64,000 bases of DNA from Paramecium tetraurelia (lineage: Eukaryota): positions 372,001-436,000 of the forward strand of contig CT868452.1 in assembly GCA_000165425.1 (NCBI GenBank), written 5' to 3'. Positions 24,688 through 38,938 of this stretch are shown piece by piece; within the stretch, counting starts at the first letter, position 1; each line of letters begins with the position of its first letter. Under the pieces are notes generated by a model. The model was not told the origin of the DNA. It saw nothing but the letters and a program-made list of their open reading frames with translations, and did no database searches. The position numbers were made by a program, and so were the translations under genes.

Positions 24688-25155
24688 TCATTTTTTAATA
24701 TATTCTAATTTCCATAATAAATGGTCAGTTATTGATATTCTAGTATTGTTCTCAACAAGAGTGTCCCAATCATGTCGTTTTTCATTAATGTAAGGAACCC
24801 AAATTTTGCCCTTAAGAGGTTCATTTGGGTTGTCTATTTCTATCCCTAGTACTTTATGCTTCCAACATTATACCGTCTAATTTTTGGATGTAGTAATGAA
24901 ATCGATCGTCGGCTGGATCATAAAGAGAGATAAAATTTCCATCGCATTTATCAGAGACTTTTTCACTGAAACAAATTCCATTCATGACATTCATTATCAA
25001 ATCGCTTTTCTATTTTTCATCAAAGTATTTAAATTGTTTTTCTGTCTTGTGGTCTGGATGCTGAATTCTAATCATGAACCCTTGTTTCATATCTTCTAAC
25101 TGTGTATAGTGGAATTATTTACTTTTTTATTTCCATTTGAAGTTAGGCATCCCAT
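24688..25155 (-). CDS. Small MGCLTS acylation-motif protein with a DUF4430/transcobalamin-beta-like domain
   Basis: Reads MGCLTSNGNKK...YYIQKLDG, a 28-nt intron, then IEIDNP...IWVPYINEK...RISITDHLLWKLEYIKK-TGA. The domain call is by motif pattern only. Confidence 0.75.
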
Positions 25156-25878
25156 TTATTTTAATATTATAAATTGAAATTATTTGTTTTTAGATTGACT
25201 ATTGAAGTAGAACGATTATCACTAAATTAATTAACCATCGACCAAATCTTTTAAATATGAACTTATATCAGTCAATGCTAATCATTTATAGAATCAAGTA
25301 TCATTGAAAATTTAAATAAATAATCCCTCTTAGATGATAAGGTATATACATCTATAGGAAACGGGATAAGAAGTTAAATTTAAGAGGAAGAATTAGGTTC
25401 TAATAATCAGTTCTGAATAATTACATAAACTAAATAAGAATTATAAATGAAATAATAAATTTGCGTACTTGTATGAATGGATTATCGAATAGATCTAAGT
25501 AGAATCAATTAATTAGATAAGGAATTTGAAGTTGAATTCAACTATAAGATATATTGATAAACAAAGAAATGCAAACTCTACTTATAACTATCAAAATAGA
25601 GAAATAAATATAAAAAAGCAATTGTAGGTTGATTAGGATAGTTCTATTAATAATAGCGCAGCAAACCCAACATGATAAGTACCAAGTCATTATCATGTGA
25701 ATTCTATTCTTGGATATCGATTAACAATCATTCTATAAATCCCATAGCTACTTCTAAGGAAATAGTAATGGAGATATCTTAGTATTGTATTAAAATGCAA
25801 GTGAGGTTATTTAGCGAATTAACAATTGGATATATCGAATTGATAATAACCATTATTATTTTTTATTTGATTAATAAA

Positions 25879-26597
25879 ATGAAAGCTTTAATCTTTGGTG
25901 GTTCAGGAGCATTAGGTCGATCAATGGTAAAGGTATTTAAAGGGTGGAAAGTGACAAGTGTTGATTTCAACAAGAATGAGGAATGTGACAATATTATTAT
26001 TAAGAATGCAAGTGATATCAATCTTCTGAAATCCGAATTAAATACCCTTGGTATCTATCCGTATATAGATTGTTAGAGAAATTTAATTGCATAGTTTGCG
26101 TGGCTGGTGGATGGACAGGAGGCTCAATAAAAGAAGAAAATGTTCTATAAGTTTATGAGGATATGAATCAGAAGAGTGTGGTACCAGCTCTAGTCTGCAG
26201 TCATTTAGCTACAACATAACTATCTAGATAGGGATTACTGATCTTTACAGGCGCTTATTCTGTATTCAATGCACCAACACCAAGCATGATAGGATATGCT
26301 TTGGCAAAGACAGCAGTTCATACTCTAGCAATCTAGACTGCTGTAAGCACTCATTTACCAGAAGATTCCGCTGTGATTACTCTATTGCCGTATCATTTTA
26401 TCATAATTATTAGAGAAACTATTGATACTCCTGCCAACAGATAAGCAATGCCAAAAGAAGATTTTACGAAATGGGCTAATCCTGATTAGGTTGCTGGATT
26501 AGTTAGATCATGGGCTGAAGGTCTAAATAGACCTAAGAATGGAGCATTCGTTCATTTAAGAGTAAAAAATGGTTCAATTGCACCTGATTTTCTTTGA
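25879..26597 (+). CDS. QDPR: Dihydropteridine reductase (SDR family)
   Basis: MKALIFGGSGALG, IVCVAGGWTGG, PTPSMIGYALAKTAVH (YxxxK) and TIDTPANRQAMP..DFTKW. Two tiny introns. Confidence 0.93.
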
Positions 26598-26961
26598 TCA
26601 TTTTATAAATATAACATCAGAAAAAATCACTAATCTATAAATATATTCACTATAGTGTAGATCTATTGTAGTTCCCTTCTGAAATGTGTCTTCAACCATC
26701 AATACATTATTATCCAATTAAATATCATCTAATTATCAAGACTTTCGATTATGGATGATTTAAAATTTCATCCTTTTACAAATTTTAGAGTCCTTCACCA
26801 TGATTATATTAGTTCCCCACAAGAACAGAGACCAAATGTGATATGATAACAATTCATAAAGAAAAACTTAGGATTTTATTTCCTAAAGATTTATATCTAA
26901 ATGGTTGATATTACTATTATTAAAATAATGATATAGATTAATATAAAATTAATAATGACTT

Positions 26962-29900
26962 TCACCAAGGCAGTTTGGAGATCATGAATCTATCCATTAC
27001 TCTCTTCTTTTATTCATCAATAGTTTATGTTGGGACCTTCTTTTCTTTTAATTGTTTTAATTTTTCTTCTCTTTCTGATCTTTTGCTCATAAATTACATA
27101 AACTTTTCTACTTTTACTTTATTTGATTCATGCTTTGGCTACACTTTCTTTACGTATTCTTATAATTCAGTGTAAGGCTACAACATAAACATTATATTTA
27201 CATATTCAACACCAAGTTCGATGGATTAGATTATCATGTCAAATAAGTTAGATAAAACGTTGCTCTGTTTTCTATTTTGGAATTCTTATTGAATAATCTT
27301 TAAAGCAATGTTTTCTAAGGAAATATCTGACAAAACCTATTTAATAATTTATTAATAGTTAGGTTAGAAGTATTCGACTGCTACTCCGATATGCAACTCA
27401 AGGTCTTATTATACAACAAGACTTCTGATCAGATACTTTAAGACTAGTTTTAGGAATTGCAATTGGTCTTAGTTTATAATCTTTATTATACTATGCATAG
27501 TCAATAGTATAGCAATGAATTATTATTAACTAGCTTTTTCAATAGTTTCGAAGAATACTTGAAGGAGAAGGTAGAAGTTGGAGTTAATTAATTTGGCAGT
27601 TTCTGCTTCATTATCCTAACTTGTATAGATTTTGATTAAGGAGTTGGTGAGAATGGTGAATATATTTCCGATTTTATTTTCGTAATCATCAAACTATTTA
27701 TAGGCTTCAGTTAGAATTGGTAAATTGGTCAGCATCTCTACTCCAGGCTACTGATCCTTCTAAAGCAAGGTTTCCAAGATTTTCATGCAACTCAATGTGA
27801 TCTTAGCTGAGTGCTTGTCTCTCGATTCTTGGAAGAGATCCTCCTTTACTTTGTGGAAGTTGGCCTTGAGATATGCAAGCAATTCCCCTTCAGTCAATTC
27901 TAAATTTTTAATAGTATTAACAGAAGTAGGCAGATACTCATCGTAGTATGGAACATTTATAAGCGGTTTAAAGGCTTTGTTCTTCGCAATAACGAGATCC
28001 TGTAGTTGCTGCAATAATAGCAAATGGCTGATTTGACCCATGAGTCGGTCACTATGAGACAAGTAGATGGTGGACATGCACTGAGTTGAATAACAAGACA
28101 ACATAAGATTTTTATTATGGATGCAGAAAATGGCTTTGCAGACTTTAAATAGTTGGTCAGGTTCGTATTTGTTTGGTAGATTATACATAAGGAACTCAAA
28201 TATTTCTTTGAGAATCTTATCAAATTTCCCTTAAAAGTTCAGCATTGTGATTACCATTTCTTCATAACTGGATTTCCTGAAGTCAAACTTGTATTCCTCA
28301 GGTGCTACTTTTTTTAAAGTATCACTCTTGAATTTTTGTGAAACTTCAATTGTAGTAGAAACCGATACTTTCTCATTTAGTTTAAATTCGAAAGGGAAAT
28401 TAGAGACATTCCTCACGATAAATGGTTTTAAGACTAGTAATTTCTCAGCAAGTATATCCCCATTCATTCTTACTTGCAATTTGAAGTAGGACTGATCCTC
28501 TTCTCCAGGCAAGATCACTTAATCAACAATTTCTTCATCATAAAATTCAATCTCTGTGCTGTTCCTTGACGTTGAGTATACCTTCGATATCCAATCTAAT
28601 TGTTTATTTGATACTTTTAAGGAATAACTCCTTAGTTGTTTCTCTTCATCATCATCCATTTTTATGATTAATTTTTGAAACTTCATGAACAACTTTACCC
28701 AATTCTACTTCTAGAATTTGCATCTACCCATGACCCAAATGTTCTTAAGCTTTAACTTTTGATGAAAATGATAGATCAAATCATTAGATTTATAAAGTAT
28801 TCTCTACAGTTCTTAAATGAATTGCTCCTTCAATAGAGGAACACAATACTCATTCTCAGCAACCAAATAGTCATGAATATATAATTAAATCTTTAAGAGA
28901 TCTGTAACATTGGTAACATAAAATTCGCATTTCTAGAACTCTCCATCAGTCATGAGTCCTTAATCATTAATGCTTGTAATCCAGTACTTTTACTTATTGT
29001 ATTTCAATCTCAATCTCAAATCAGGTCCAATGTATTTATTCTGATAGTCCTTCTCAATATCTTTCAATAATCTATAAATCATAATTTCGAATTTGCCAAT
29101 AGTAAACTAACTCTTTATCTACTTATACACTAAGTATTGTGTATCCAATTCGATAATCTTGCCTTCCTTAGTGAGACAAGTGAAACTTTGAGTTGGTTGA
29201 GTGCTCAGAACATGGATATTTCTAATCTTGATTTTTGTTTCCAGAATTGTCTCCATATCCTCTGCCCTTGTTTCTTGATGTCTAACTAGATACAATTCCT
29301 TAGAACCTAAAAATATTTTAGCCACTGAGTGATTCCTTGGAAACTTCTTTCTTTCTGGGATGATAATTGTGTATTCGTATTCCCCATCAGTCTACCCTTC
29401 GCTCCTTTATATCATCTATGCTACGTAGGATGATATGGACGTAAAAAATGTGTATTTCAATTAACTAGAGAATTCTTTACATTCGAAATTATAATTAAAT
29501 CTGTATTTGATAAATTTCCCTGCCATATGTTTCAACTTAGTTAAGGTGTTAAATGACACATTGATTGAGTCTGCCTTGAATTGTTCACTAGACTCTTTGA
29601 TAATAATCTAACACTTAAATTCATCTAGATTCAAATCGAAGGTCCCTAATTGTTGTTCTTCATTATAAATGAATTGGATGGTGCTAATATTAATTACATG
29701 TCTTCTAAAAACCAATGCATCAGTGAACAGGACAAATTCTAAACAGGTATCAATTTCATCCAATTAAAATAAAATGGGTTGCACACTCTCCTTATAAGTT
29801 TGTTCAAGCACTCCATCCTTAATCCAAGGATAATTAATTAATGTCGTTGTGCCTACGTAAAACTTCAGATTAATCTTATTATCCTAATTTGTTATACCAA

Positions 29901-32513
29901 TATTAGTGATTGAAACATCGTAAATCGATGTATGAGACAATCTCATATGCTGAATGATCTACCTTCGAAACTTTAATATCATCGGGACATCATTTCTAAT
30001 TTCCACATATTGAATTGCATCTAATTGTTTCAAATCTACTGGAACAACAAATTAATTTATTCTGAGCTCCTATTTAATTAACTTGATCACACTGATGTCC
30101 ATTTACAATTTCGTCAATTATGTGGAAGCTGGAAATTTCAACACACTATTCTCAGTCCTATCAAATTCCATAATATTCCCATTGTATTCAAAATTAAGAT
30201 TGTCCTCCAATCGAGCTATGGTATCATTCTAAATGTGATGCAATTACAAAGCATACCCTTCCACCTACTCGTAGTCCTGAGAATTCTATTGAAATTAAAT
30301 AGATAATGGAGTAAACTTGACAAAGAGTTTCGGCTGATCTAATTCCTTGATCATTTTTTGAGGCGTGTCCACTCCGTATTTTTATTCTTTCTTAATCACG
30401 AATCTGCATTTCTCTCTTATCACGTATCCTAACGTCTTGTTTTTCCATAATAAATCGATAGCCTGTAGTTGATAGTCTGCCAACAGAGTGTGGTTCTCCT
30501 TTTTGTTGCCACTCTGATAAAATAATTGAAATCGAATGGATTTCCACAGATCTTCAGTTGTCCAATCAAATGTATCAAACACCAAGTAATCCTTCTCACT
30601 CTTAACCTATTGGTAATCATAAAAGAATCTATAAGAAAATAACACTCTCATGTAATAGGCACCTTCAGTACTCACAGGATAGAGTGCTTAAGGAGTGATG
30701 GATATGCGATTTGATTATGATATATGTCCACTCAATTCCAATCTAATCGTAAGCAGACATTGCTTTCCAATGGAATTCATCTACACATTAATAAACGACT
30801 CAGTTCCTAAGAAATCTAATTATTACAAATCAATGAATGAAGTATATGTATCTTAAATAATATCATTTTCTGTTCGATTGATCAATTGAAATGACAATTT
30901 ATTTGGGAATTTGCAGATGAATGATTATCCAAAGTAGATTCCACAAATTTTCGATGTCTAAAAAGTCAATTCATCAGTTGTGATTGCCAACTATAGATTT
31001 TCATTCTTGGTAATTTTGACTGAATGGATTGTGATTTTCACAAAGTTACTTTTTTCCAATTTCTCCTCAACAACCTCCTCCTTTGATTGCGAATCACACT
31101 CATACTTGATTGGTATTTATTGTCCGCCGAATAATATTTTATCCTCAATCTCATACAAGGGTATATCAAATGCAATTTCAGCCTTATTTGCCTTGTACTT
31201 TCGAATCTAAACGTAATCATAAATCGATGAAGTTTGAAACATCATGTAATTCCCTTTATATTCATTGATACTGAACTCAGTAATAGGGAGATTGACTATG
31301 CCTCTCGGATTGTCAATCAAAAGAGAAGTATGATACTGAATATCGCTGTGCATTTATAGATTGAGAAACTAAGTCACTTTTTAGAACTGATTTGGATTTG
31401 AACCATAAAAAGTCTTCAAGAATTATTAGAATGGCAAACTCAGTTCACCTTCGTTGCCATTCTCGAATTTGGCCAAAAAGGAAGTCTTCTTGTCTCCACA
31501 ATAATTGTAAAGAATGGCCGTATAATTCTACTCGTACAAGGCAATGTCACAATCCCATTATGGTATCACACTGATGTGAGTAAAATAAAAGTAATTGGGC
31601 GTACGGATTTGGAGATAATATTTGGCAGTACCTAACTCCTTGGTTGGAAATCCATCTATTTTAATAGATTTGATGGCCATGACTCTTTTCTGAGGCACCA
31701 ATTACTTTTCTTCAACGACCTTTAGAATTTCCTGTTTCCTTGACAATGTTAATCTCAGTCTCAGCATGCCTGTGTTCAATTGAACCTTGTCCAAGTACAC
31801 TTCCAGTTCGTTGTTCTTCTGTTTCCAATTGAGATCGCACAGAAATATTTCTTTCTTCACAAAAGCCTGTTTCAATAACTTAATTTGATTGATACCAAAG
31901 TAATCCTTAGGAATTACATTGTAATAATAGATGAATGTCAATTTACAATAGGGCGAGTCGTTCATTATCCTCAATTCGGTACCTGCCTAGAAAGTGTAGG
32001 TTGTTTGACTTCCCCCCAAAGACATTGCCAATATTCCTTTGTTCTATGGAATCATGGATTACAAGTTGACAACGATCTCCCCAGTTACATTATCCACGAA
32101 GAGATTATTGATGAATGATAACACGACTTGGATGGTGACTACCTTATCCTTGACTAAATTGGTATATTTGATGAGTTACTTCGATTTTGAATGGGTAAAT
32201 CGAAAGGCTGATTGAGTTGAAACTTCAATTCTCGCAGATTGACCTTACCCAGAGTCTGCTTTGACATGTACCCACCCCTATTGATGTTGCATAATAGAAT
32301 CTGTAATTCTCGATTGGCATTCTTATTTTGATTCAGATGAAAGTGAAACACCTATTCAAAATAATCATCCGGCTTTGTCTTTTCAATGCTCTATTTGGCC
32401 TCTCCATCCAACTTGAACTCTATGAAACACCTCTATTGATCTTTGTCTAACAACATCTGATGTCCTGCAATTAGTTCAATTCTCAGAATGCATTTCTATT
32501 CATCAATGTTCAT
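26962..32513 (-). CDS. Large (about 1800 aa) protein with an N-terminal C2 domain and further beta-rich, C2-like domains
   Basis: Apparently near-continuous code-6 frame. The N-terminus reads ILRIELIAGHQM...FEQVFHFHL...LQILL...QTLGKVNL (C2-like). The C-terminus is helical and Lys-rich, ending SKLPW-TGA. Confidence 0.75.
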
Positions 32514-32535
32514 ATTTTATAATTAATATAATATC

Positions 32536-35500
32536 TCACTTCTGTTCCAATTGATCATTCAGGTATGGATTCTAAGAATATTTGTACCTCTTCAACAACT
32601 TCCTCTTCTTCCCTCTATAAAACCTAGTCGTGAATGGCACCAAGTATTTCTCAAATATTATCGTAGCCATCAAATTTATTATCATTATGCCATAGACCCA
32701 ATACATCCACGATTTATCGATTGCCGTACTTAGATCCCCATCCTTCTCCGACTCATACTCAAACATTAGCTAAACATATAGAATGAATGTCTTACTCCGA
32801 AAATATCCTACAGACCACTCTTCTGAAATAGGAAGATGTAACTATTAAAGATCATGGCTAACACAATCCACAAAGTGAAATAGATGTTGGTGTAAAACTC
32901 TCTCCTGAATGGCTTACCAATTGAAAAAGCAACACACTGGAACACATATTGGAAATTCGCATACAAGAACAACACAGTATTTTCATAACACGTTTCCATC
33001 TCAAGATGATCATCAACATCCCCTATATCCTTATGAATATCCACTCCCGACCTATACCAGGGTTGACTCTTCATGTAAAAGTAAACAAAAGTCTAAAATC
33101 CTATCTAGATTAAGGTTTGTCCGATCACTGACAATAGAACGGGAAAAGAAATTAAATTTGATCCAGGTTGAAATTGAGTAAGCTTTTTATAAGCCTTAGT
33201 TTGTCCCATGGTTCCTGCCAATGGTATGATGATAAATAGGTCGATATAGAAATATTCCAATGAAGACATGTTTGAAAGGGTGAAATACAGCAAGGTCACT
33301 GTGCAAAATTGAATCATGCTATACAAGGCCATGTATTTGAAACATTAGAAACTTGTAACCAAAGACGCTCTTCCTTCTCTCAATAATTTGACAACACACG
33401 AGATGTTCTGAACCTTGGAAGTAAAAGGAGCAGCTATTGATGCCTCTGCATCAGACAATGAGATTCCTATATCAGCTGCTTTTAATGCACCACAATCATT
33501 TGCTCCATCACCACACATTCCACATAGAGCCTTCTTGCTAATCTTTTACAGGTGAGTAATGAGTTAAGCCTTCTGCTCAGGCTTCATTCTTGCAAAAATC
33601 TAAGCTTTCTCCAACATCAAACCAAACAGTCTTCTAGCCTTTGGATTTGTGTCAATTTGATTCAGTAACAATTAGAATGCCTTTCCAGATATGGCTACTA
33701 CAAATGGTTGATCTGTCTTCCATGGATCTTGGTCGTCTATTAGATGATCAAGATTTTCAGCTTTTAGTCTTTCCTCCTATTCCTTATAGTTCTCATATTT
33801 GCTCTTCCTCAAATTCATTGTTTTTCTATTTTCACTACTTTAAGTATTGCCAATTTTCTCATTCTCCTCTATGATGATTTCCATTTATTATTCATGTTCC
33901 TATTCATATTACCCGAATAATTCAGGCGTTTCAAATTCATCCCCTGAATCATCTTTAATATCCAATTCAGGAGATAAATTCTCTGGATTTAGTACCTTGT
34001 CGTTCATATCAAAGTCTTTCCAAGTGATGTGATTCTTACCATCCAACTTTTCCTCTGCGATGTCTCCCAAGAAGATACGTTAATTTGGTTACACCAGACT
34101 ACATTATCTGGCAACAGAAATGGCAGTTAAAACATTATCACCTGTGACCATCACTGTTCTGATCATTGCATCTTACAATGTTTGAATTATACTACGAGTA
34201 ACTGGTTTAAGTTTATTCTACATAATCATGAACCCTAAAAATGTCAGATTGCATTCAGCCTTATCTCTATTACATTCATTTTCAATGACTTTGGATCCAC
34301 AAGCCAACACTCTGAATCCCATCTTTGAATAATGCTCAAGTATCTTATGAAAACTTCTAGGCACTGTTGCAGGATTACATAATTCTCTCAATTTCTCAGG
34401 AGATCCTTTAACATGCACTCTCAATTTATCATTTCGTGAAACGATAACACTCATTCTCTAAAGAGTCGATGAAAAATCAAATCGTTTTAATATTTTAATC
34501 CTGTCTTCATCCTTAAAGACTTCATTATGGAGATCGTCCAATTCAAAACTCGTAGCTTCAAACATTTTTACTTCCAATGGATCACCTATCAACTGACCAT
34601 TCACTCTAGCCAATCCATGACAGGATGCCATGATTTCCAGAATCAATTATGTAGGTTGTAACTTTGTCTGTCCATATACATTTTAACCAAAGTTCATTGA
34701 AAACATGACATTAGGAATGGGCAATTAATTCACATCTATTATTAAATCCTAAAAGCAAATCTTCTATTTTTCTATAAAAAATATATATTGAAAATATACT
34801 TTGATTGTATCCAATAGATCGGACGCCATAAAGATCAAGACCATCTTCAGTCAAGGTACCTGTTTTATCAAAACACATTATGGTTATTTTCCCAGCCACA
34901 TTCACCTTATTGGGAGATATACAATAAATTGACTTCTTGCTCAATCTCGATAAAGCAAATGACACTCCTATCGATAGACATGTAGGCAATGCTGGAGGCA
35001 CAGTAATTGTGATCAAATCTAATGAATTGATGATCATCTGAAATATGGTAGTATTATCTTCTTTGAGTTCATCCACCTAATCTTTTATTGTCAAAGAAAA
35101 GCCCACTAAAGACATCATCGCCAGAACTGCTATAAAGGATAAGGAATCCTTGTAGAATGAGAAAGTAGTTGGTTTGGGATACAGAATAGATCTGACCAAT
35201 TATCCTTTAATGGTTGAAAACCCTGTCTAGACTGCCAATGCCAAAATTGGAACCTCACCTTTCTGTGGATGTCGTGCTTCTAAGCATTTAGTTCCAGCAA
35301 ACAATGTGATAGCCTTAGAGTCTTCGTTTGGCGAATAGATTAGCTGGTTGAATTGAATTGGGTTTTTGATGATTGGTATTGACTCTCCTGTGAGCATTGA
35401 TTCGTTGATGATACATGAACCATTTAATAGGATGCAATCACATGGTACTGTCCAATCATCTCTCACTTCTATTAAATCACCTGGTACTATTGTTTTTGAA

Positions 35501-36387
35501 CTTAATTTCTATTTGTTGTTTGTGACTGTCTTATTCACAATAATTTCTTTATTTTATATAACAATGTCATTTTGACCTCTAAACACATTTTCCACTGAAT
35601 CTTAAGAAGTCATTTCCCTAAGTTTTGCAAAATTCAGTTTTGTTTCTCTAAGTTGCACTAATATAGAAATGATAGATGTCAAAAATATGACTACTGCGTA
35701 TTCATAATATTCTTCAATGCTCCACAGACACACACTAAAAATTTGAAACAAATAAAACGGGGTTAAAATTTCATCAATCAAGATTTTACCTGTACTTTTG
35801 TCAGGTATTGTTGTATTATTATACCCATATTAAGATGCTATTTCCACGGGGAATTATACTCCTTGAGAATAATTTTTTATAATGTCTTCATGGGTTAAGG
35901 TCTAGAATGGTGTTTCTATGGCTTTAAAACATTCATCCTCATAGATATATGTATATAAACGATATTCGAAGGACTAAATTATATATTCGTATTCTTCTTA
36001 CCTTACTTTACTTTTCGCTCTTATTGATCTGCATTTTCTTTAATCCAACCTTTATTAGTTCTTTTTCATTCTCCAATGAAGTTATGACCAAGTGAGTTGC
36101 TTACTCCACGTCAATACATTAGCTATATAACAAAGCTAGCTTTAATGATAAATTCCATCTGGCAAATAGATATCCAATACCCACTATACTTTTTAACTAA
36201 TTATTTTACAAGTCAAAATGCAAAATGTATAGTAAAGCAAACGTTTATACACGGGACTTCGATAGGATAGTATCTACGCAATAGTTGCTTCCTCTTGGAC
36301 TTGTTAGGGTAGTTGGAAGGCAACTTAATTAAAATGTAATTTTGACAACAATTTTTCTGAGTTATCATTTGATTCTGCTATTTTCAT
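32536..36387 (-). CDS. P5B-type ATPase (ATP13A2-5 family, putative polyamine transporter)
   Basis: LTGES, the TM4 motif VPPALP (P5B signature), the DKTGTLT phosphorylation site, [18 protein letters not shown] and ASIAAPFTS. Confidence 0.95.
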
Positions 36388-36443
36388 ATATTAATTATAC
36401 TACTCAAGGTTCCCACTCATTTATATTGAGACATTATTACGTC

Positions 36444-37360
36444 ATGAAAAACCTTATAATTATAATCTAAATTATTAACATATGTATCTTTATTCCTTTA
36501 TAATGGCAATTACCGCCCAGAATTGATTTAAGACAACGAAATCACTTTTGATTTATGGTAAGAATTTCAAAATTGTATAAATTTTTTACTTTTTCTTAGG
36601 AATATAAGATGGATTTTTGTAATCAATTACATCATTGGATTGATGCTATTTATGAGATTTATGATGCTTAAATGGTGGTTGAGCCTGTTTAAGTATTAAA
36701 ATTACAAAAAGTTCCCAAAAACCAAAAAGGAGAAGTTAATAAACTCATTATAGGTTTGCTATTCTAATAAGATTACTTAAAGACTTTTCAATTTTAAATA
36801 CGAAAAACATTTTGAAAAATCTTAATATTAAAAATGGTACTAACAATTATAATAACAAATAATAGTGATTAGTTAAAATATAGCCCTAATTTTAAGTTAT
36901 TATTATGTTACATTCGATCATGATTTCTTATATAATAATAAGTTCATTTTTTAAATATGATATTGTGTTCAGAATCGTTTTTTAATAAAGGAGTCTAAAA
37001 TGATGAAACTTGTACTTGTAAAATCTTATCCCATCATAGTATTTGATTTAATTAAGGCATTTAATTTTTATAATTCTAATTGGAATCTAAATTAAATTGA
37101 TAGTCTAAACAATTGTTTTTTGTGTCAAAAAGGTAATTCATTGAACTCAAAACATTTAATAACAAATCAATACCTTCTAAGGTATATTACACTTAAAATT
37201 CAAGATTTTTTTCTAATGTAGGTAAGAAACAATGTAAGGAGGATGAATTAAAAGATCTTACTGAGTTACTTACTGTGCGATCTAGAACTGAGAAATATGA
37301 TTTTATTTAAGATTAACATTTTAATTAATTATATTCTAATTTAATTAATTTAAATCAACT
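36444..37360 (+). pseudogene. Possible decayed gene
   Basis: Coding-like fragments (IDAIYEIYDAQMVVEPVQVLKLQKVP...) and an intron-like GTAAG..TAG segment, but with several TGA codons and frame breaks. Confidence 0.3.
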
Positions 37361-37475
37361 TTATTGAGAATTAATACAATTTAAATTATACATTATATAA
37401 AATCGTATAATTAATATAAGAAACTCTATTTATAATTTTTTGAGATCCAATAATTTAAAAATAAATAAATTAATA

Positions 37476-38703
37476 ATGTAAATCGATCAAATGCAACATT
37501 CAACGCCGATTCATGGTGAGGAAACAGACATTTAGAAAGGGAAGGAGGTATCTTTAATAGTTTTCCCCAAAAAGTTTCTAAATCCCCTTAGCACTTACAG
37601 GATGAAAGGAGTATCTTATTTTTATGATGATATTTAAGGACTTCCATCTATTTGCAGATGCTCGTCACATCAGATAGCACGAAATGCTTAAAACTGGTAT
37701 CAGTTGTCAAAATCCCTATAAAAAAATTTCCAAAATACTCGTTGATTAATCTGCTGGGGTACTCAAATTATGCTACACTTAACTTGATTTTTCTGAAACT
37801 CCTTGGGAATATGTGGCCAAAAGATTATAAAGTTTTGGTGATGTTTAAATGAATGAATTGAGCGAATACATAAAGAAGTACTACGAGCAACTAAACTCTG
37901 GCTTAAAATAGGGAGAAATTGAATAAGTAGTTCACAATATACTATCAACATTATTCTAGGTTCCCCCAGACAATTACAGATCATTTGGGACATACCAATA
38001 CAAGTATTTGAAGGGCTTAAATCAATTTTTCATCTCAGGTTTGGTATTGGACATCAAATTGGTGGAAGATTTAGGATACTCAGTACAATACTTTGTTGAC
38101 TCGTGCATGAAGATAGGAATTCCGGAGTACAAAATTTATTAATTAATGCCAAGAATATCTTTATAACCTGGGTGCTCAAATGTCGATTACTACAAAAACG
38201 TTATGGAGTTTGCCAAACCTCTGACGAAACCAACGGAGATGTAAGATTTCTATTTGTACTCTCCCCTTTACCCACAAGTAAGAAATTATTTCTCATTTCC
38301 CTAGGGCCTAAAATGTGATGTATCTTTTTCTGTGACAAAAGATCATTGCGAAGCAGAAAGCGATGCACTCATTAACTTTAATTTTTATTTAAATTACTAG
38401 CCTTCATTACGTAATAATCAAGCTCTTATGCCTAATAAGAAGCTAAAGTCTCAAAATTGCATCTCACAATATTACGAACTCATGGATTATCATTATTCGA
38501 GGTGCGGGTTCAAAAAGACTAAGCTGAATTGAGTGGTGTGATCAAGTGTATATATTGTAATCCTTTTTTGTCACCATTTTATTTTCACTACAACAAATGT
38601 ACAAAGTTTTTCTGCACAACTTCATCCAGTCGAGAATTTATTCAAGTTAATCAATTTATTTACACTAATTAATATTAATAATAATAATTAATTATATTAA
38701 TGA
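37476..38703 (+). CDS. Intron-rich hypothetical protein (3' boundary uncertain)
   Basis: MQIDQMQHSTPIHGEETDIQKGKE followed by short exons separated by many GT..AG segments of about 25-35 nt. I did not fully resolve the exon chain. Confidence 0.55.
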
Positions 38704-38768
38704 TTTTTCTCAACTTCTATTATTATTAAATTGTTTTCTCTATTATATATATTCTTTAATAATTTTTA

Positions 38769-38938
38769 TCATAATATTTAAACACAGCCCTCTAATCCTG
38801 GAAATCCATCTATCATATTTATTTACTTACATTTTTATTACATTGGACTTTCTTAGGGATTTCTAGAAAAAAAGAAAATGTAAAGTACATTCTTAATTTC
38901 CTAAATCTGATTTTCTAACCTCCAAATTTGATCCCCAT
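38769..38938 (-). CDS. Candidate micro-gene (at least 40 aa) with two tiny introns
   Basis: Removing 38863-38888 and 38810-38830 (both GTA..TAG) gives MGIKFGGQKIRFRKLRINPQESPMQQKYGFPGLEGCVQIL-TGA. The frame stays open upstream, so the start may be nearer 39029. Confidence 0.45.
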
